Assembly: GCA_010909165.1 (NCBI GenBank) | Contig: MU008171.1 | Location: forward strand, 558,001-622,000 | Reading direction: 5' to 3' | Length of the DNA: 64,000 nt | Source of the DNA: Anthoceros angustus | Taxonomy: Eukaryota; Plantae; Anthocerotophyta | In this document: in pieces, positions 1 through 11,670 of the stretch | Layout: every line of letters starts with the position of its first letter | Numbering within the stretch: position 1 is the first letter of the stretch | The notes under the pieces: generated by a model | Seen by the model: only the letters and a program-made list of their open reading frames with translations | Databases searched by the model: none | Told to the model about the DNA's origin: nothing | Made by a program: the position numbers and the translations under genes

Positions 1-699
1 ACAGATTGCCTTACCGCACTGGGCGTGAATACCGCTATAACTCTGCAAGGCTACGGCCCGACCGCCGCATGCCCGACCTCCACTGGCCGCCCACGTGGCG
101 CCGCTTAGTCCGCCTCACGACTCAACTTCTAAGTTACTTCTCGGCGATTTATCCTGCTTTGACCCGAGTGGGGTCCTGACTTATCCTGCTACACACGTAG
201 TCCGGAGCTCGCCATAGTGGTACCGGCACGTTGCCCACTCCGAGTCTGAGTATACTCCGAGTCCACCCCGAGCGCCATCCGTGCTTATTCCTCCTTTTCC
301 GCCTTATTTTACTATTCCAACCTACCAAAAAAACAAAACCCCACTTAATTCCTACCCCCCAAGGGAAGTCCATAGTCCACAGTCACCATTGTCTAATAGA
401 TTATCTTGTTGATAATAAAGACAGACATACTTGTCCCACATCTTGTCCTCTTTCCTCACATCTCGTTGGTTGTCGCCAGCATCCCAGGTGGCTGGGATCA
501 CTTTTTACTGTTCGCGGGATTAGGATTTTGCCTAGTTCTTCTTTTACTTTGATGCTTTGGTAGTTAGCCGATAAGCCTATTTTGCAGACTTGTTAAAAAT
601 TTGTTTAAGTGATAAGCCTATTTTGGAGGCTTACCCGAACCGTGAAGCTCAGTGCTTCACAGACTCTGATATGAGCCATGACCTAATGTGGCCATGGAC

Positions 700-2090
700 A
701 GCTATGCTGCCTCACAGCGCGATAGAGACCCATAAAATGAGTGAACAAAAGGGATAAGGTTAGCAAGCTGCCCACCTGCATCCTTGAGCTCGTCGAAAAT
801 GGCCACGCTGGAGACCGTTTTAAAAGCATTTTCGATGTCTACCTGCAATGCGACCCAATCTAGATGGGACTCCAAGATCGCCCCCACTCCGAAATCCACG
901 GACTCACACCCCCCCTCACCCTCCCCCCGGAGTAGCTATGTCGAATTGGTGAGGGCTGAGGTGACCCTGAAATTGCTCCCGAAGTTGGATGGCAATGTTG
1001 CAACTAACTACCCACAAAAACGCCTCCCCCACTTTTATGGGGCGAACCCCGGTGGTGGGCTTTGCCATAGCCAACACTTGAGCAATCCGAAAGGGGGTCT
1101 CCCCCCTTGCTGCCGTAGCCGCCAAAAGAAACAACTCCGAGAACCTGCTAGAGGGATCCTCAGGGGTAAAGTAATCTCGAAGATGGTCATAGATCGTCCC
1201 GTGACCCCCATGAAAGGCGCGCCAAAAGATAAGGGCCCAAGGCATCAGATCCAAACAAAAGGCTTCTCGGTAGTCCCTAATGTCTGCCAAAATAGGGTGG
1301 CTCGATGTCGGATGGAGGGCGTAAAGGGTGCTGATAATCTCCTCTGAAGCCAGCGCCACTGGCACAACATGGAGAACCCGAGCATCCCGAGCATAATCAC
1401 TAGCACCAAGTAAAAGACACCGCTTAAGACGCGCCTTCCCGGGGTCCAGACGAACACCATCCACCTCAGTGGAGTTTAACCAAGACCTCACTGCGCACCC
1501 ACACTCTTCTTTTAGAGCCTCCCAGTCCCCAGCACGGAAATGGTGGAGACGGGAGATAACTTGAAAATCCGCCGCGAGAGCATCGAAGGACACTACCTGG
1601 GGAGAAAAAGAAACAATGCCCAAGCAGTTTCTTCCTGGGGATCTTGCGAGAGATGCTCGAAGGAGAACCGATAGGCCAGACGGAGGTCATCTTGAAGGTG
1701 CCTCAGGAGGCATCGAAATAGGCGAGGTCCAGAAAAACGGGTCTCGTAGAGAGCCAAAAGGTGATCGGCTTGTCTGTGAAGCCATTCCAAGGATCCTGAA
1801 GAAGGCCCAGAGTGAGAACCTGGACTTGGAGCTTGGGGAGCAGCAACAGAAGAAGCCAGCCGCAATTGAGCCTCCCACGTTGTCCGGTCGAAGTCCTTGT
1901 AAACCAAGCCGATGTGGTTCCTAACCCCCACAGGCCCAGCTGTGACAGGGATGCCTCCCACACCCGGGAGTGAATCGACATCCAAGGGCCATATCCTGTC
2001 CCGGGCAGAGGTCGAAGAAGAAGGCCCCATACCATAGAAGACCCTAAAAGAGAACCCAATGTGAACCTGGGCACCACCGTACTTGGCCAG
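700..2090 (-). mobile_element. Degenerate CRE-clade-like non-LTR retrotransposon ORF (zinc finger-like N-terminus and RT domain), truncated inside the RT
   Basis: Frame-broken ORFs 1593..2159, 916..1623 and 702..899 read AWALFLFLPR, PVALASEEIISTLYALHP, MAKPTTGVRPIKVGE, HLSPHQFDIATPGG and VALQVDIENAFKTVS. These are typical early RT motifs of CRE/SLACS-type elements. A C-x4-C...H-like stretch lies near 1900-1980. Confidence 0.7.
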
Positions 2091-2110
2091 TGCTGGGCAC
2101 CACCGGAGCC

Positions 2111-2240
2111 TGTCCTTATGGTGGGCTGCCGCTTGACCTGTCCTTGTGGAGGGCCCCACCCGACGTGCCCCTGTGGTGGACTACCCGACTATCCCTATGG
2201 TGGGCCCCACCAGACCTGACCTATGGAGGGCCCCACGTCT
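2111..2240. repeat. ~26-bp degenerate tandem repeat, about 5 copies (tgtccttgtggagggccccacccgac-like), upstream of the CRE-like ORF
   Basis: Units tgtccttatggtgggc, tgtccttgtggagggcccc, tgcccctgtggtgga, tccctatggtgggcccc and acctatggagggcccc are seen directly. Confidence 0.65.
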
Positions 2241-3411
2241 GCGGGCGCCTTGGCGGGCCACACCTCGTCCCAACTCTGCTGCGTGACATCGCTCGCACCT
2301 CCGCAGCGACGGCGCGCCTGCGGCTCGACTCTGCTCGGCCCGCACCACCACGTGACCGCGGCCCGTGACTCGTTCGTCGCGGCCCTCCTCCGCCACGCGG
2401 CCGGGGGCCACCGCACGGCCCATGCCAACGGCGCTGCCGGCCCTAAAGCCACCGTGCGGCCCGGCCACATGCGGCAGTGAGGGCGAGTGTCACGCCATAG
2501 CCGCATAGCGATCATAAGTCGCCTAAAGCTAACCTATGCCTCTACTTTAATAAATCAAACTATTCATGGACTCACATGGAGACACGACCAGTGCTTGCAG
2601 CCTGCATAACTTACTAGGCCACACACCACAGGTAACAGTCACAAATGATGTACCAGCCACAAATGTGCAAAAATCCGCTTTCTCTTATGCGGTTGAGCGT
2701 CCTACACATCACTATCGAGAGTTGTCACAAGAGGGTGAGGGAACCCTTGGGATCTGTATGGCTGTCCTCCTTGAACAAGACATCAACAATCCATGGTGTT
2801 CTATGGATTGCCGTTATTTGTAGTTCCCACCCTAGCTGCTAGCTCACCGCCGTCACTCTTAACTACCGGCCTAGATTTCGAAGAGGCATGTGCTTTACCC
2901 GCGCGTCCGGAGGGATCACCGCTGCTTCGCCTTAATTGCGCTTGTCCTTCATGTCGGTTCGCACGACTTGACCTCATCCAAACACACACGCCTCTCATGC
3001 ATACCATGACATCCACATCACATCATTAAAGACATGTGTACATACCATCTAGCCACCCGCGCAGCCACTCACCTCCCACACGCGCGTGCCTGTATCCCAC
3101 ATATATGCACACAAAATGACTGGACATGTCCTTCACGGTCATGTCCTATTCACACCACCCAAACTGACATGACCTTTGTGCGCCATGGCACGAGCCCCTC
3201 TCGCTGGTGGCCACCAAGGCTGGTGCACCGCCTTCCCTCGCACTGTGGCCTACCGCCCGCCACCGCCCAAAACCACCACGCGGCCCCCCCAGGCCGGGAG
3301 CCCTAGGCGCCGTCGTGGGCCACTGTGCACCTCCCTGCCTGCCGCCCGCTCGCCACCGCCCAAAACCACGTTGCGGCCTGGCCCCATGCCCCTGAGGTGC
3401 TAAGCCCTACG

Positions 3412-3635
3412 TAACAATATTATACAGACTATGTAGAAATAAATCACATCATTAAGTAATTACATTGTATATCAAGAAAGGGGTTAAAGTGCTTATGCAT
3501 GAAAAGACAACTTAAACTAAATGTGAAAAGACATAACGCTTCTCAAGCGTAACCCTAATGAACGGTCATGTACTATAGCTTTAACTAAACCCAATTAATA
3601 CAACCCTAATCATGACTCCAACACATCTATTCATA
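3412..3635 (-). repeat. 3' LTR of the Copia element
   Basis: Direct repeat of 9965-10193, adjacent to the PPT. Confidence 0.92.
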
Positions 3636-3787
3636 CTCCCACTTGTTGATCATGATTTCGAATTGTACAGGCCCCTCCGAGCTCATGCAGTCGCCGTGGA
3701 ACTGGAGTTCAGCTGGTGTATTGATTCTTCTAGCGCCATAGCCCGCTTCTTAATGTTACGCCCGCCTTCTAGCCATATCTGAGCAAG

Positions 3788-4677
3788 ATGCCTTGTTCCA
3801 GCGTGAAGACGGCACAAATGAGGTGCGCCTTCCTCTTAACGCTGGCATACTTCCTGAGTCTCTTACTCTCTGAGGTGCTAGAGCGCAAGATTGCTGCGCT
3901 TTTCACCATGTCTCCGTCCTCGTCAGAGTCCGATGCTGCTCCCAAGCGCCGAGCTCAACCTCGTGACGCCTTGGGCAGATTTGCTGCACCGAGAACAACT
4001 GCCCAAGTGAGCTCTGCTGCTACTAAGCCAGCAAAGAGAGGAAGAGGACGCCCCAAGGGAACCACGAAGGCTGTCTTAGAGCAAAGAAGAGCCGCAGCTG
4101 ACAAGTCCGTGAAGAAGCATCCTGCTCAGCCGAGTACCGTGATTCAAGATGAAGCTCAGCCCTCACTGCCTCTGAAATTTCCTAGGCCCAACGATTATCT
4201 ACAGGAGACTAAACTGGTGAGTTATGCAACTCTTGCTCGTCCTCAAACGCCAATCTGGTACAAGACCTGTGACTATGGAAGAGTCGAGATCATCATGAAG
4301 CGTGTTGATGTGCGTTCCTGTCGCGCCTACCCAGGGCACGTTGTAAGCATATATCGTAAGTCCCCTTGCCGTTTACATCCTGCTGTGTTTCCATTTATGC
4401 TGACCAAGCCTTAGCCATCTATTGCTAACTACTCCCACTGTCTCCTGAAGGTTCCAACTTGAGGATTGAAGAAGAGGAAGATCTTGAAATAGAGGAGAGG
4501 ATTTCCTATGAAGAGCGTAGGAAACGTAATTCTCCAAGGTCTGATGAGAGCTTCTCATCTGTTAGCGACTACGGAAAAGATTCATATGAGGATGAATCTG
4601 CCTCAGAGTCTTTACAGTCTGGAGAGGAAATTGATTTCGGTTACTCCTCAGATCCTAGTTTCGACTCTGGTTTTTAG
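3788..4677 (+). CDS. Antisense accessory ORF inside the Copia element: AT-hook protein (KRGRGRPKG), probably continuing after a frameshift into an acidic tail (4459-4677)
   Basis: 208-aa open frame 3788..4414 with a canonical GRP AT-hook, followed by a D/E/S-rich 72-aa frame. It lies between RNase H and the PPT, opposite to pol. Confidence 0.55.
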
Positions 4678-4711
4678 GTTTGCTTGGATTAGACCTTGTT
4701 GGTAGTTGAGG

Positions 4712-7700
4712 TCAAGAACTCGCTTGAGTCCCCAAGCCCCAAACTCTGAACATGTTTGTTGTGGAGCTCTCGGCTGAGAGCCTTGGTAAGTATGTCCGCA
4801 GGATTGTCTTGAGTCGGTACATATTGCGCTCAATTTTTCCTGTTGTCACGGACCTCGATGTAGTGGTATTCGACCTCCACATGTTTCGTGCGTGCATGAA
4901 ACACCGGGTTCTTAGCAAGTGACATGGAACCACGATTGTTTTGTTAACACTGTCTGTGGGAATTGGTATACCCAAGTCCCGGAAGAGTAACTTGCACCAC
5001 ACAATTTCTTTAGGCGCGTCGACTCTATACTGCTTGATCGAGGATAAAGCCACGATGGGCTGTTTTTGCTCGACCAGATGGTCCTCCAAGAATCGATATG
5101 ACATAGCCAGAGATGATTTTCTCACAATATCACCTGCATAGTCAGAGTCTGTGAAGACTTCGAGGTCTAGGGGTTTTCCCTTCTCATGTTTGTATCTGAT
5201 GCCCATGTTGGCTGTGCCTTTTAGGTATCGGAAGACACGTTTCAAACTAGTCCAGTGTTCTTGACCTGGATTCTCCAAGAATTGCGAGAGTACGCTTGTG
5301 GTGTAGGCAACTTCTAACCTTGTTGTGTTTGAAGCATATATCAACTTCCCAACACCCTGCCTGTAAGGAATTCCCCTCATATGTTCCTTTTCTTCTTGTG
5401 TTGAAGGGGACATGAGCTTGCTAAGCCTCAGTCCTGTGGGCATGGGTGTTGCAGCAGGTTTGGCATCCTTGAGGCCAAGTTGCTCTGCACTTTCCGAGAT
5501 ATCTAGGTGTAAGTGTCATAATCCTAGCCTGCCTATTTCTTTGTATGTGTATACCAAGGCTATGTAAAGGTCCAAGACGGACATTTTGAATCTCTTAGCA
5601 AGCATGTCATTATTTCTTTATAAAGTCCTGGCTGCTTGATGTAATCAAGTCGCCAACGATACCGCCAGTAACAGACACATCTTCTTTTTGTAAATGTAGA
5701 GGCTACCGTCACAAGGCTTTTAGTGAAGTCTAGGGCTTGGAGTTAGTCCAACTCGCATTCCACTTCATAGCATTTAAGACCATACGGACACTTGATAAGT
5801 CTACATACATGGTCCTCTTTCCTTCCACCTCAAAACCGGAGGTTCGCATGTATATCTCTCGTGTCCATTTTCCATGCAAGAAGGCGCTTTAACGCCATAC
5901 ATTTGCAGTTCATAATCATTGTATGTTGATCTGCAAGGAGGACCGAGTGTGGCTAGTTTTACAACGGAGCGAAAGTCTCTAAGTAATCAAGTCCAGAATC
6001 GAGAGAATCCTCTTGCTACTAGCCTAGCTTTGTACATCAAAGGTACCATCAGCTTTCACCTTTAATTTGAAGACCCATTTACAAGACACCATTTTCCGCC
6101 AGGGGTAATTTTGCTATCTCCCATGTGCCATTTTCTATGAGCGAGTCATATTCTAATCAGATAGCTTTCTCCCACTCCTTGTGATCGGTCTAGTCAAGCC
6201 TCAAGATAGGTTTGAGGTTCTATGGGATCAAGAGAGGTTGCATTGACCCTCACATTATGGGAAGAAGTTCAAGTCAGGCACAATAATAATCGGGGTCTTC
6301 ATCACGAGTAGGATATCGCGGACGAGTTCGCTCGAGGTGCTTCATCGGGTTCATCGTATGTCCTCAAGCGTGTCATCACCGTATCAAGCTGGGTCGTTGA
6401 GCAAGATCATCGTTGTGTATCATCAGGATCGGAGGAAATTGATCTGTATGATGTTGCGGGCATAGTGGTCGCCATCTAGAGCGCTGCATCGCATATTCCC
6501 CACCAGGAGCAATATTCTCAATGGAGCTAGGACCGAGTGCCATGGTCGGAAAGATCAAAATGAGTGACCGAGATGTCATCCATCCATCTGTAGGAGGATG
6601 TGCTCCCACCGAAGCCCAAGTGCGTGCCTCATTAAAGGTAACACTCCGAGCATAAATAACTTTGTTGGTGGGAACATCATACGGTTTGTATGCTTTTATG
6701 CCCTCTGATATCCCAAAGATGAGTAGCTTTCTAGCTTTGTCTCGAAAGCTTCTTCCGCTTCTCTTTAGGGATAAAGGCGTAGGCAAGGCAACCAAAGGTC
6801 CTTAAATGTTTAAGAGATGGCTTCCTTCCGTGAACACCTCATATGGGGTCTCCATTAACGTTAGTAGGTAACTGCTATGAGGTAAGTTGAAGTCATAAGG
6901 GCCTCACCAATATGGCAGCGCGTCATGGAGCAAAGAGGAGGTCATCTCCTGCAATGTAAGGTTGAGACGCTTTGCCACCCCGTTCTGCTGTGGAGTGTAG
7001 ACAACTGTGAGTTGTCTACCTATTCCTTCATCCTTGCAATAGGCCTGGAATTCATTTGATGTGAATTCCCCACCATTATTTGATCTTAAGGTTTTCACCG
7101 CTCGCCCATCGCTCAAAACTTGATATACTCCTTGAAGTAGGAGAAACACTCGCTCTGCTTGGGATGTATGTTGTGACAACCTGCTCTTGTCATCGGTGAA
7201 TGTGAGGAAATATTTTCCTCCACCAATTGAATCACAGAGGTCCACACAATCTGTGGACAAGTTCAAGAAGATCACTTGCGGTGAGGGGCCTGATTTTGAA
7301 GGTCGCTTGATGTCTCTTAGAAAGAACACAAGCCTCACATAATGGAATTGAGGTCAAGGGACCAATGGGTCCATCCTGGTAAAGGTCACTAACTGCTAAC
7401 TTTTGCAGCTTTGCCATGTGTGGGTGACCTAAGCGGGCATGCCACAACTTAGATTTAGCTATCTGTGCTGATGCCTTGGAGACATCCTGTGTCAGGTGGG
7501 ACTCAACTATTCCACTATTCAAATGGAGACGGAACAGGTCATGGTCCGAAGACCCATATGCAAGTACCTTCCTATGGTCAAATGCATCTATTATCTGACA
7601 GTCTGTTCTAGTAAATAGCACATGGCTGCTATTGTCTGCATTCAGTCTTCTAACTGAGATGAGGTTTCTTGTCATGTCAGGTACATAGTAGACATCCTGC

Positions 7701-8829
7701 AATTTGAGGGTTAGTCCAACAAAGTCTCTGATACCTCGACCGGGACAAGAGACCTATCGTCTCAAGATACACATCTTGGTCAAGTGGCACTGTATGTTAA
7801 GAATGCGTTTTGTCAAAGCAAATATGAGCTGTGGCTCTGTGTCGAGATACCACTCTGGTGGGTTTAAAATATGCTTTGGCACAAGCATGTGGGTAGCAGT
7901 GGACTTGCAAACTCCCTTGTTCCAATCAAGTAGCGTATGGAGTATTTTGCTTCTTGACCACAACGTGTGTCTCATTGAAGATCCCTCCTTGCGAGGAATT
8001 CCATGCTTCTTGACACTCACGTTCCCAATGGCTGTAACTTGCACCGATTACAAGTACCGCCTTTTGGTTTTCTTGTATAGAGTGTTGGTTCCCTGTTGAC
8101 CAGCACCCTTGAAATTACTGCTACTTCCACCTTTTGAGAAGGTTCTTCTACCCCCTCGTACTTGGTTGGATGTGTACAGGGCCTGCTGCTTCCCTGCACG
8201 CCTATAGTTGGTCTTGCTTGCTTCCTCTTGAAGCATTGAGCTCACCAACTGTGAAAAGCTCATCTCCGGCATTTCCACACCTTGTTTCTTGGCTAACAAT
8301 GCTGTGGTCTGCGGCAGATGTGAAGTCACAAAGTGTGACCACGATTCGGAAGAGAAAGAAGGAGTCTCATCACCATTTCATCGTCTCCTATGGTGACTTT
8401 GGAGGCACCTCAAGCCTTGAAGCTAGGGTCTGAAGGTACTCACGTGCTTTTCCACCGAGTCCCCATCCTTCATTCTCAAATTTTGGAAGTTTCAGATCAG
8501 ACCGACCATGTTACGCCTGCGTAGAGTTCCTTGAGGCGAGTTAGGATTTCGGCTGAAGTCTTCACCCCAGCAGTCTGCCTCAACATTTCATATGTTAGAC
8601 CATTGCGTATGAGGTACTTGGCTCCGCTGTCTTTAGCTAACCAATCTGCTTTCCCTGTTGTCCCTTCGCCAGGATACTCTACCTTTCCGGTTGCATATTT
8701 AAGGAGGCCTCTCATCTCGAGAACACCCTCCATCCGGATGAGCCAGATATCAAAGTCATTGCTTGAACTGTCCTTTTCTTTTGAAGGATTCACTACTACC
8801 AAAGTTAGAAGACAAGGTGTATCACCCAT
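4712..8829 (-). pseudogene. Copia gag-pol polyprotein, frameshifted as assembled
   Basis: Gag NDFDIWLIRMEGVL, CCHC knuckle near 8010-8055, GAG-pre-integrase KLWHARLGH...CEAC, integrase YFLTFTDDKSR...LRSNNGGEF...PQQNGVA, RT ARLVARGF near 6000-6030, RNase H FTDSDYAGD. Confidence 0.92.
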
Positions 8830-9113
8830 GTTTACGGGTATAGAGCTCTTCTATGATGTTCGACCGCTTTATTGAAGACGTTTCCAAAATCGTCTAGATC
8901 ACTTTCGATCGTTCCATTCATTATTACTTACGGTGCATGTTGGTTTTGGCGTTGCGGTTTGATCCCATGATGCAAGGTCGCTATCCTAGCACTTCTCATC
9001 TCATATTTGTTATAGGCGTAAGTTGAACATGAAGGACAAGAATTTGGTGAGTCAAACTTCCTTTCACGATTTGTTTTACTTACGTGCTTGCAGCAATACC
9101 TCGAATCTTTGGG

Positions 9114-9605
9114 TTAGACAACTCGGGTTTTAATAGCATTACAAGTTTGTAATCTATATGCAAGTCGTTCTTTTACATCCTGCAAATCGATACTAGCTGC
9201 AGAAACATGACCTGAAATCTGGTTGAATCTATTTTCAACATTCCTATTGTTAGTTTCAAGACGCTGAACAATTGTGTTTACAGTGGTTGATTGTGCAGCG
9301 CCAGTCGTGAGGAAGCTGCGTTGGCGTACAATTTCAGCAAGTGGTTGATTTTGTACAGCGCTCCTCTCCACTGTGAATGTCAGGTCGAGTTCTGTTGGGA
9401 ACAGCAATTCAAGTAGTGTGTTGAATGCTCCCTTCAGTGTCTCTGTTTGCGCCGGTTGAGTCCTGTGCCTGTGGCTCCATTGTTGGACACACACATGTAA
9501 TTGATTGGCAAGGGTAAATCTGTCAGCGACTATGTATCGATTCTGCCTAGGATTGTTGTTCCCCCTAGGATTTTCCTGGGGAGCAAGATAGATATAATTT
9601 GCCAT
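9114..9605 (-). CDS. Extra sense ORF (163 aa) between the PBS and gag, with a predicted C-terminal coiled coil; function unknown
   Basis: Uninterrupted ATG-initiated ORF inside the LTR boundaries, upstream of the gag ATG at 8829. No recognisable motif. Confidence 0.5.
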   Translation of the reverse strand: MANYIYLAPQENPRGNNNPRQNRYIVADRFTLANQLHVCVQQWSHRHRTQPAQTETLKGAFNTLLELLFPTELDLTFTVERSAVQNQPLAEIVRQRSFLTTGAAQSTTVNTIVQRLETNNRNVENRFNQISGHVSAASIDLQDVKERLAYRLQTCNAIKTRVV

Positions 9606-9952
9606 GGCCTTGAGCCAGGATTGTTATATCTAAAATGCAGAATTTCTGCATTATAGAGATCCTTTTATATAAATCATATACACTAATCACTATTAGGCGC
9701 TTGTTCTAGTGCATCTGCATGGAATTGTCTAAACTGACAATTTAATGGAAATGCATTAGAAAATCTGCGATTCAAGACGATTCTGTTAGATTTTTCTAAA
9801 AGAAAATATCAGAAACTATTTTCTTGAAAATCTTCTTGTTTCTTTCTTTTGAACTCATTTTCAAAATAGAAAGACTAAAGAAGATAAATTCGTGCACATT
9901 TTCTAGTGCAGAATTTCAATGCGCATCTTCCTAGATGCATTCTACATAGTGA

Positions 9953-9964
9953 GCTCTGATACCA
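9953..9964 (-). promoter_or_regulatory. Primer-binding site complementary to tRNA-iMet 3' end
   Basis: gctctgatacca on + equals TGGTATCAGAGC on -, abutting the 5' LTR. Confidence 0.93.
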
Positions 9965-10193
9965 TAACAATATTATACAGATTATGTAGAAATAAATCAC
10001 ATCATTAAGTAATTACATTGTATATCAAGAAAGGGGTTAAAGTGCTTATGCATGAAAAGACAACTTAAACTAAATGTGAAAAGACATAACGCTTTCTCAA
10101 GCGACGTAACCCTAATGAACGGTCATGTACTATAGCTTTAACTAAACCCAATTAATACAACCCTAATCATGACTCCAACACATCTATTACACA
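9965..10193 (-). repeat. 5' LTR of the Copia element
   Basis: Direct repeat of 3412-3635, adjacent to the PBS. Confidence 0.92.
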
Positions 10194-10599
10194 CTACTGT
10201 GCAGCCGCCTGTGCACCCTTCCTACTTATCAGGCCGCCCTGCTCCTTGCCTTATTGCCAGCCAGCCAGCCTCCCGCTCCTCGCATGCCTGCCGCTGAACG
10301 CCAAAGCCGATGCGTGAAAATTGCCAAAGAAGCAATGGTACTCCCCATCAAGGAGTGCAATGGTGGGGTGTAGGGTTATCGGGCCGAAGGGGTCAAGAAA
10401 ATAGTAAGGGAAGGGAAAGCAAGGAAGAGGCACCAGCCAATAAGGGAGAAAAGAGAAAACCATAGACTTGTTGAGTGGTAGGTGGCCACCTATGGAGCAT
10501 AGGGCATTGTAGGAAGAACACCGCCATTAGATATCCATGCAGGCGTCACGCCATGAACATACGTGTAGGAACGACAACCTCAATCCTAGCCTTTGGTGT

Positions 10600-11005
10600 T
10601 TTCAGCTGCCTTTTTCCATTGTTTCACAATTATAGTTTATTAAAGTAATAGTTAATCCCATCCTTTTGTGATTTGAGTTGTCTTTTCCCGTTGTTTCACT
10701 GTTATAGTTGGTTATCGTGATAGTTAATCTCAGCCCAGTGGTTCGTGCTTTGAACTACCCTTTTGTGATTTGAGTTGCCTTTTTCCGTTGTTTCACAATT
10801 AGGGTTGGTTACCGTAACAGTTAGTCTCAGCCTAGGCGTTCATGCTTTGAAGTTCCCTTTTGTGATTTGAGTTGCCTTTTCCCGGTATTTTACAATTATG
10901 GTTGGTTATTCGGATTGTGAATCTCAGCCCAGTCGTTCATGCTTTGAACTGCTTTTTCCCTTTGTTTCACAATTGTCGTTAATTCATATGATAGTTAATC
11001 CCAGC
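10600..11005. repeat. ~97-bp minisatellite, about 4 diverged copies
   Basis: ttttgtgatttgagttg...tttcacaatt...tctcagcc...catgctttgaa recurs at about 10665, 10761 and 10858, with partial flanking copies. Confidence 0.8.
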
Positions 11006-11670
11006 TTTTTGTGTTGTTTTATAATTATGATAAAACATAATTATTGAAAAAAAAAAGTTAATAAAACCTGAATGAATTGTTTGTTCATTAGTTAATGCAA
11101 AAGCACAAAATTTGGCTTTCTGTTCTTGCCACATTAGTGGCAAAGAGAGAAAGCTGCTTTTGAACGGAGTCACGAAGCTTTGACCGAAACATGTACCTAC
11201 AATTAGGTCAAGCATCACACACGTATATCGTTCTCTCAAAAAAGTACCCTTTATTGTCTTGCGCTTGGCACGAGACATAAATCAGAACTTACAAAATTTG
11301 AGAATTATACACATTATTTGTAACTGCAAAGCCTGACCTTAACCACCTTCCTAACAAACACATACACCTTTGTAATGGTCCTGCCCGCTGCAGTTATGGT
11401 TCTACAGATCCATGGACGGAGTTGAGCGAGAAGCTCACTTATTCCCCCAACCGCTAACGTACAACGGAGTTTTGGATAGAAACCAGGGGTTAGACTCAAC
11501 CAGGGATAGACTCTGGATAGCAGTCTACCGAAACCGAAAAAGAGTCTTGGGTAGAGAAAAGAGGTTAAACTCAACCAAGGGATAGACTCTGGATAGCTAG
11601 CAGTCTACCGAAAAAAAAGAAGCGGGAGTAGAGTGTCTCTACCGAAGAAAAGAAAATGAACGGACATTTC

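Larger units (their letters stand above)
3412..10193 (-). mobile_element. Full-length Ty1/Copia LTR retrotransposon (~6.8 kb), gag-pol frameshifted, with two extra ORFs
   Basis: Near-identical ~225-bp LTRs at 3412-3635 and 9965-10193. PBS tggtatcagagc (tRNA-iMet) at 9953-9964 on -, and PPT caagtgggag at 3636-3645 on -. Imperfect 5-bp TSD ctacg/ctact. Gag, integrase, RT and RNase H motifs occur in Copia order. Confidence 0.95.
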
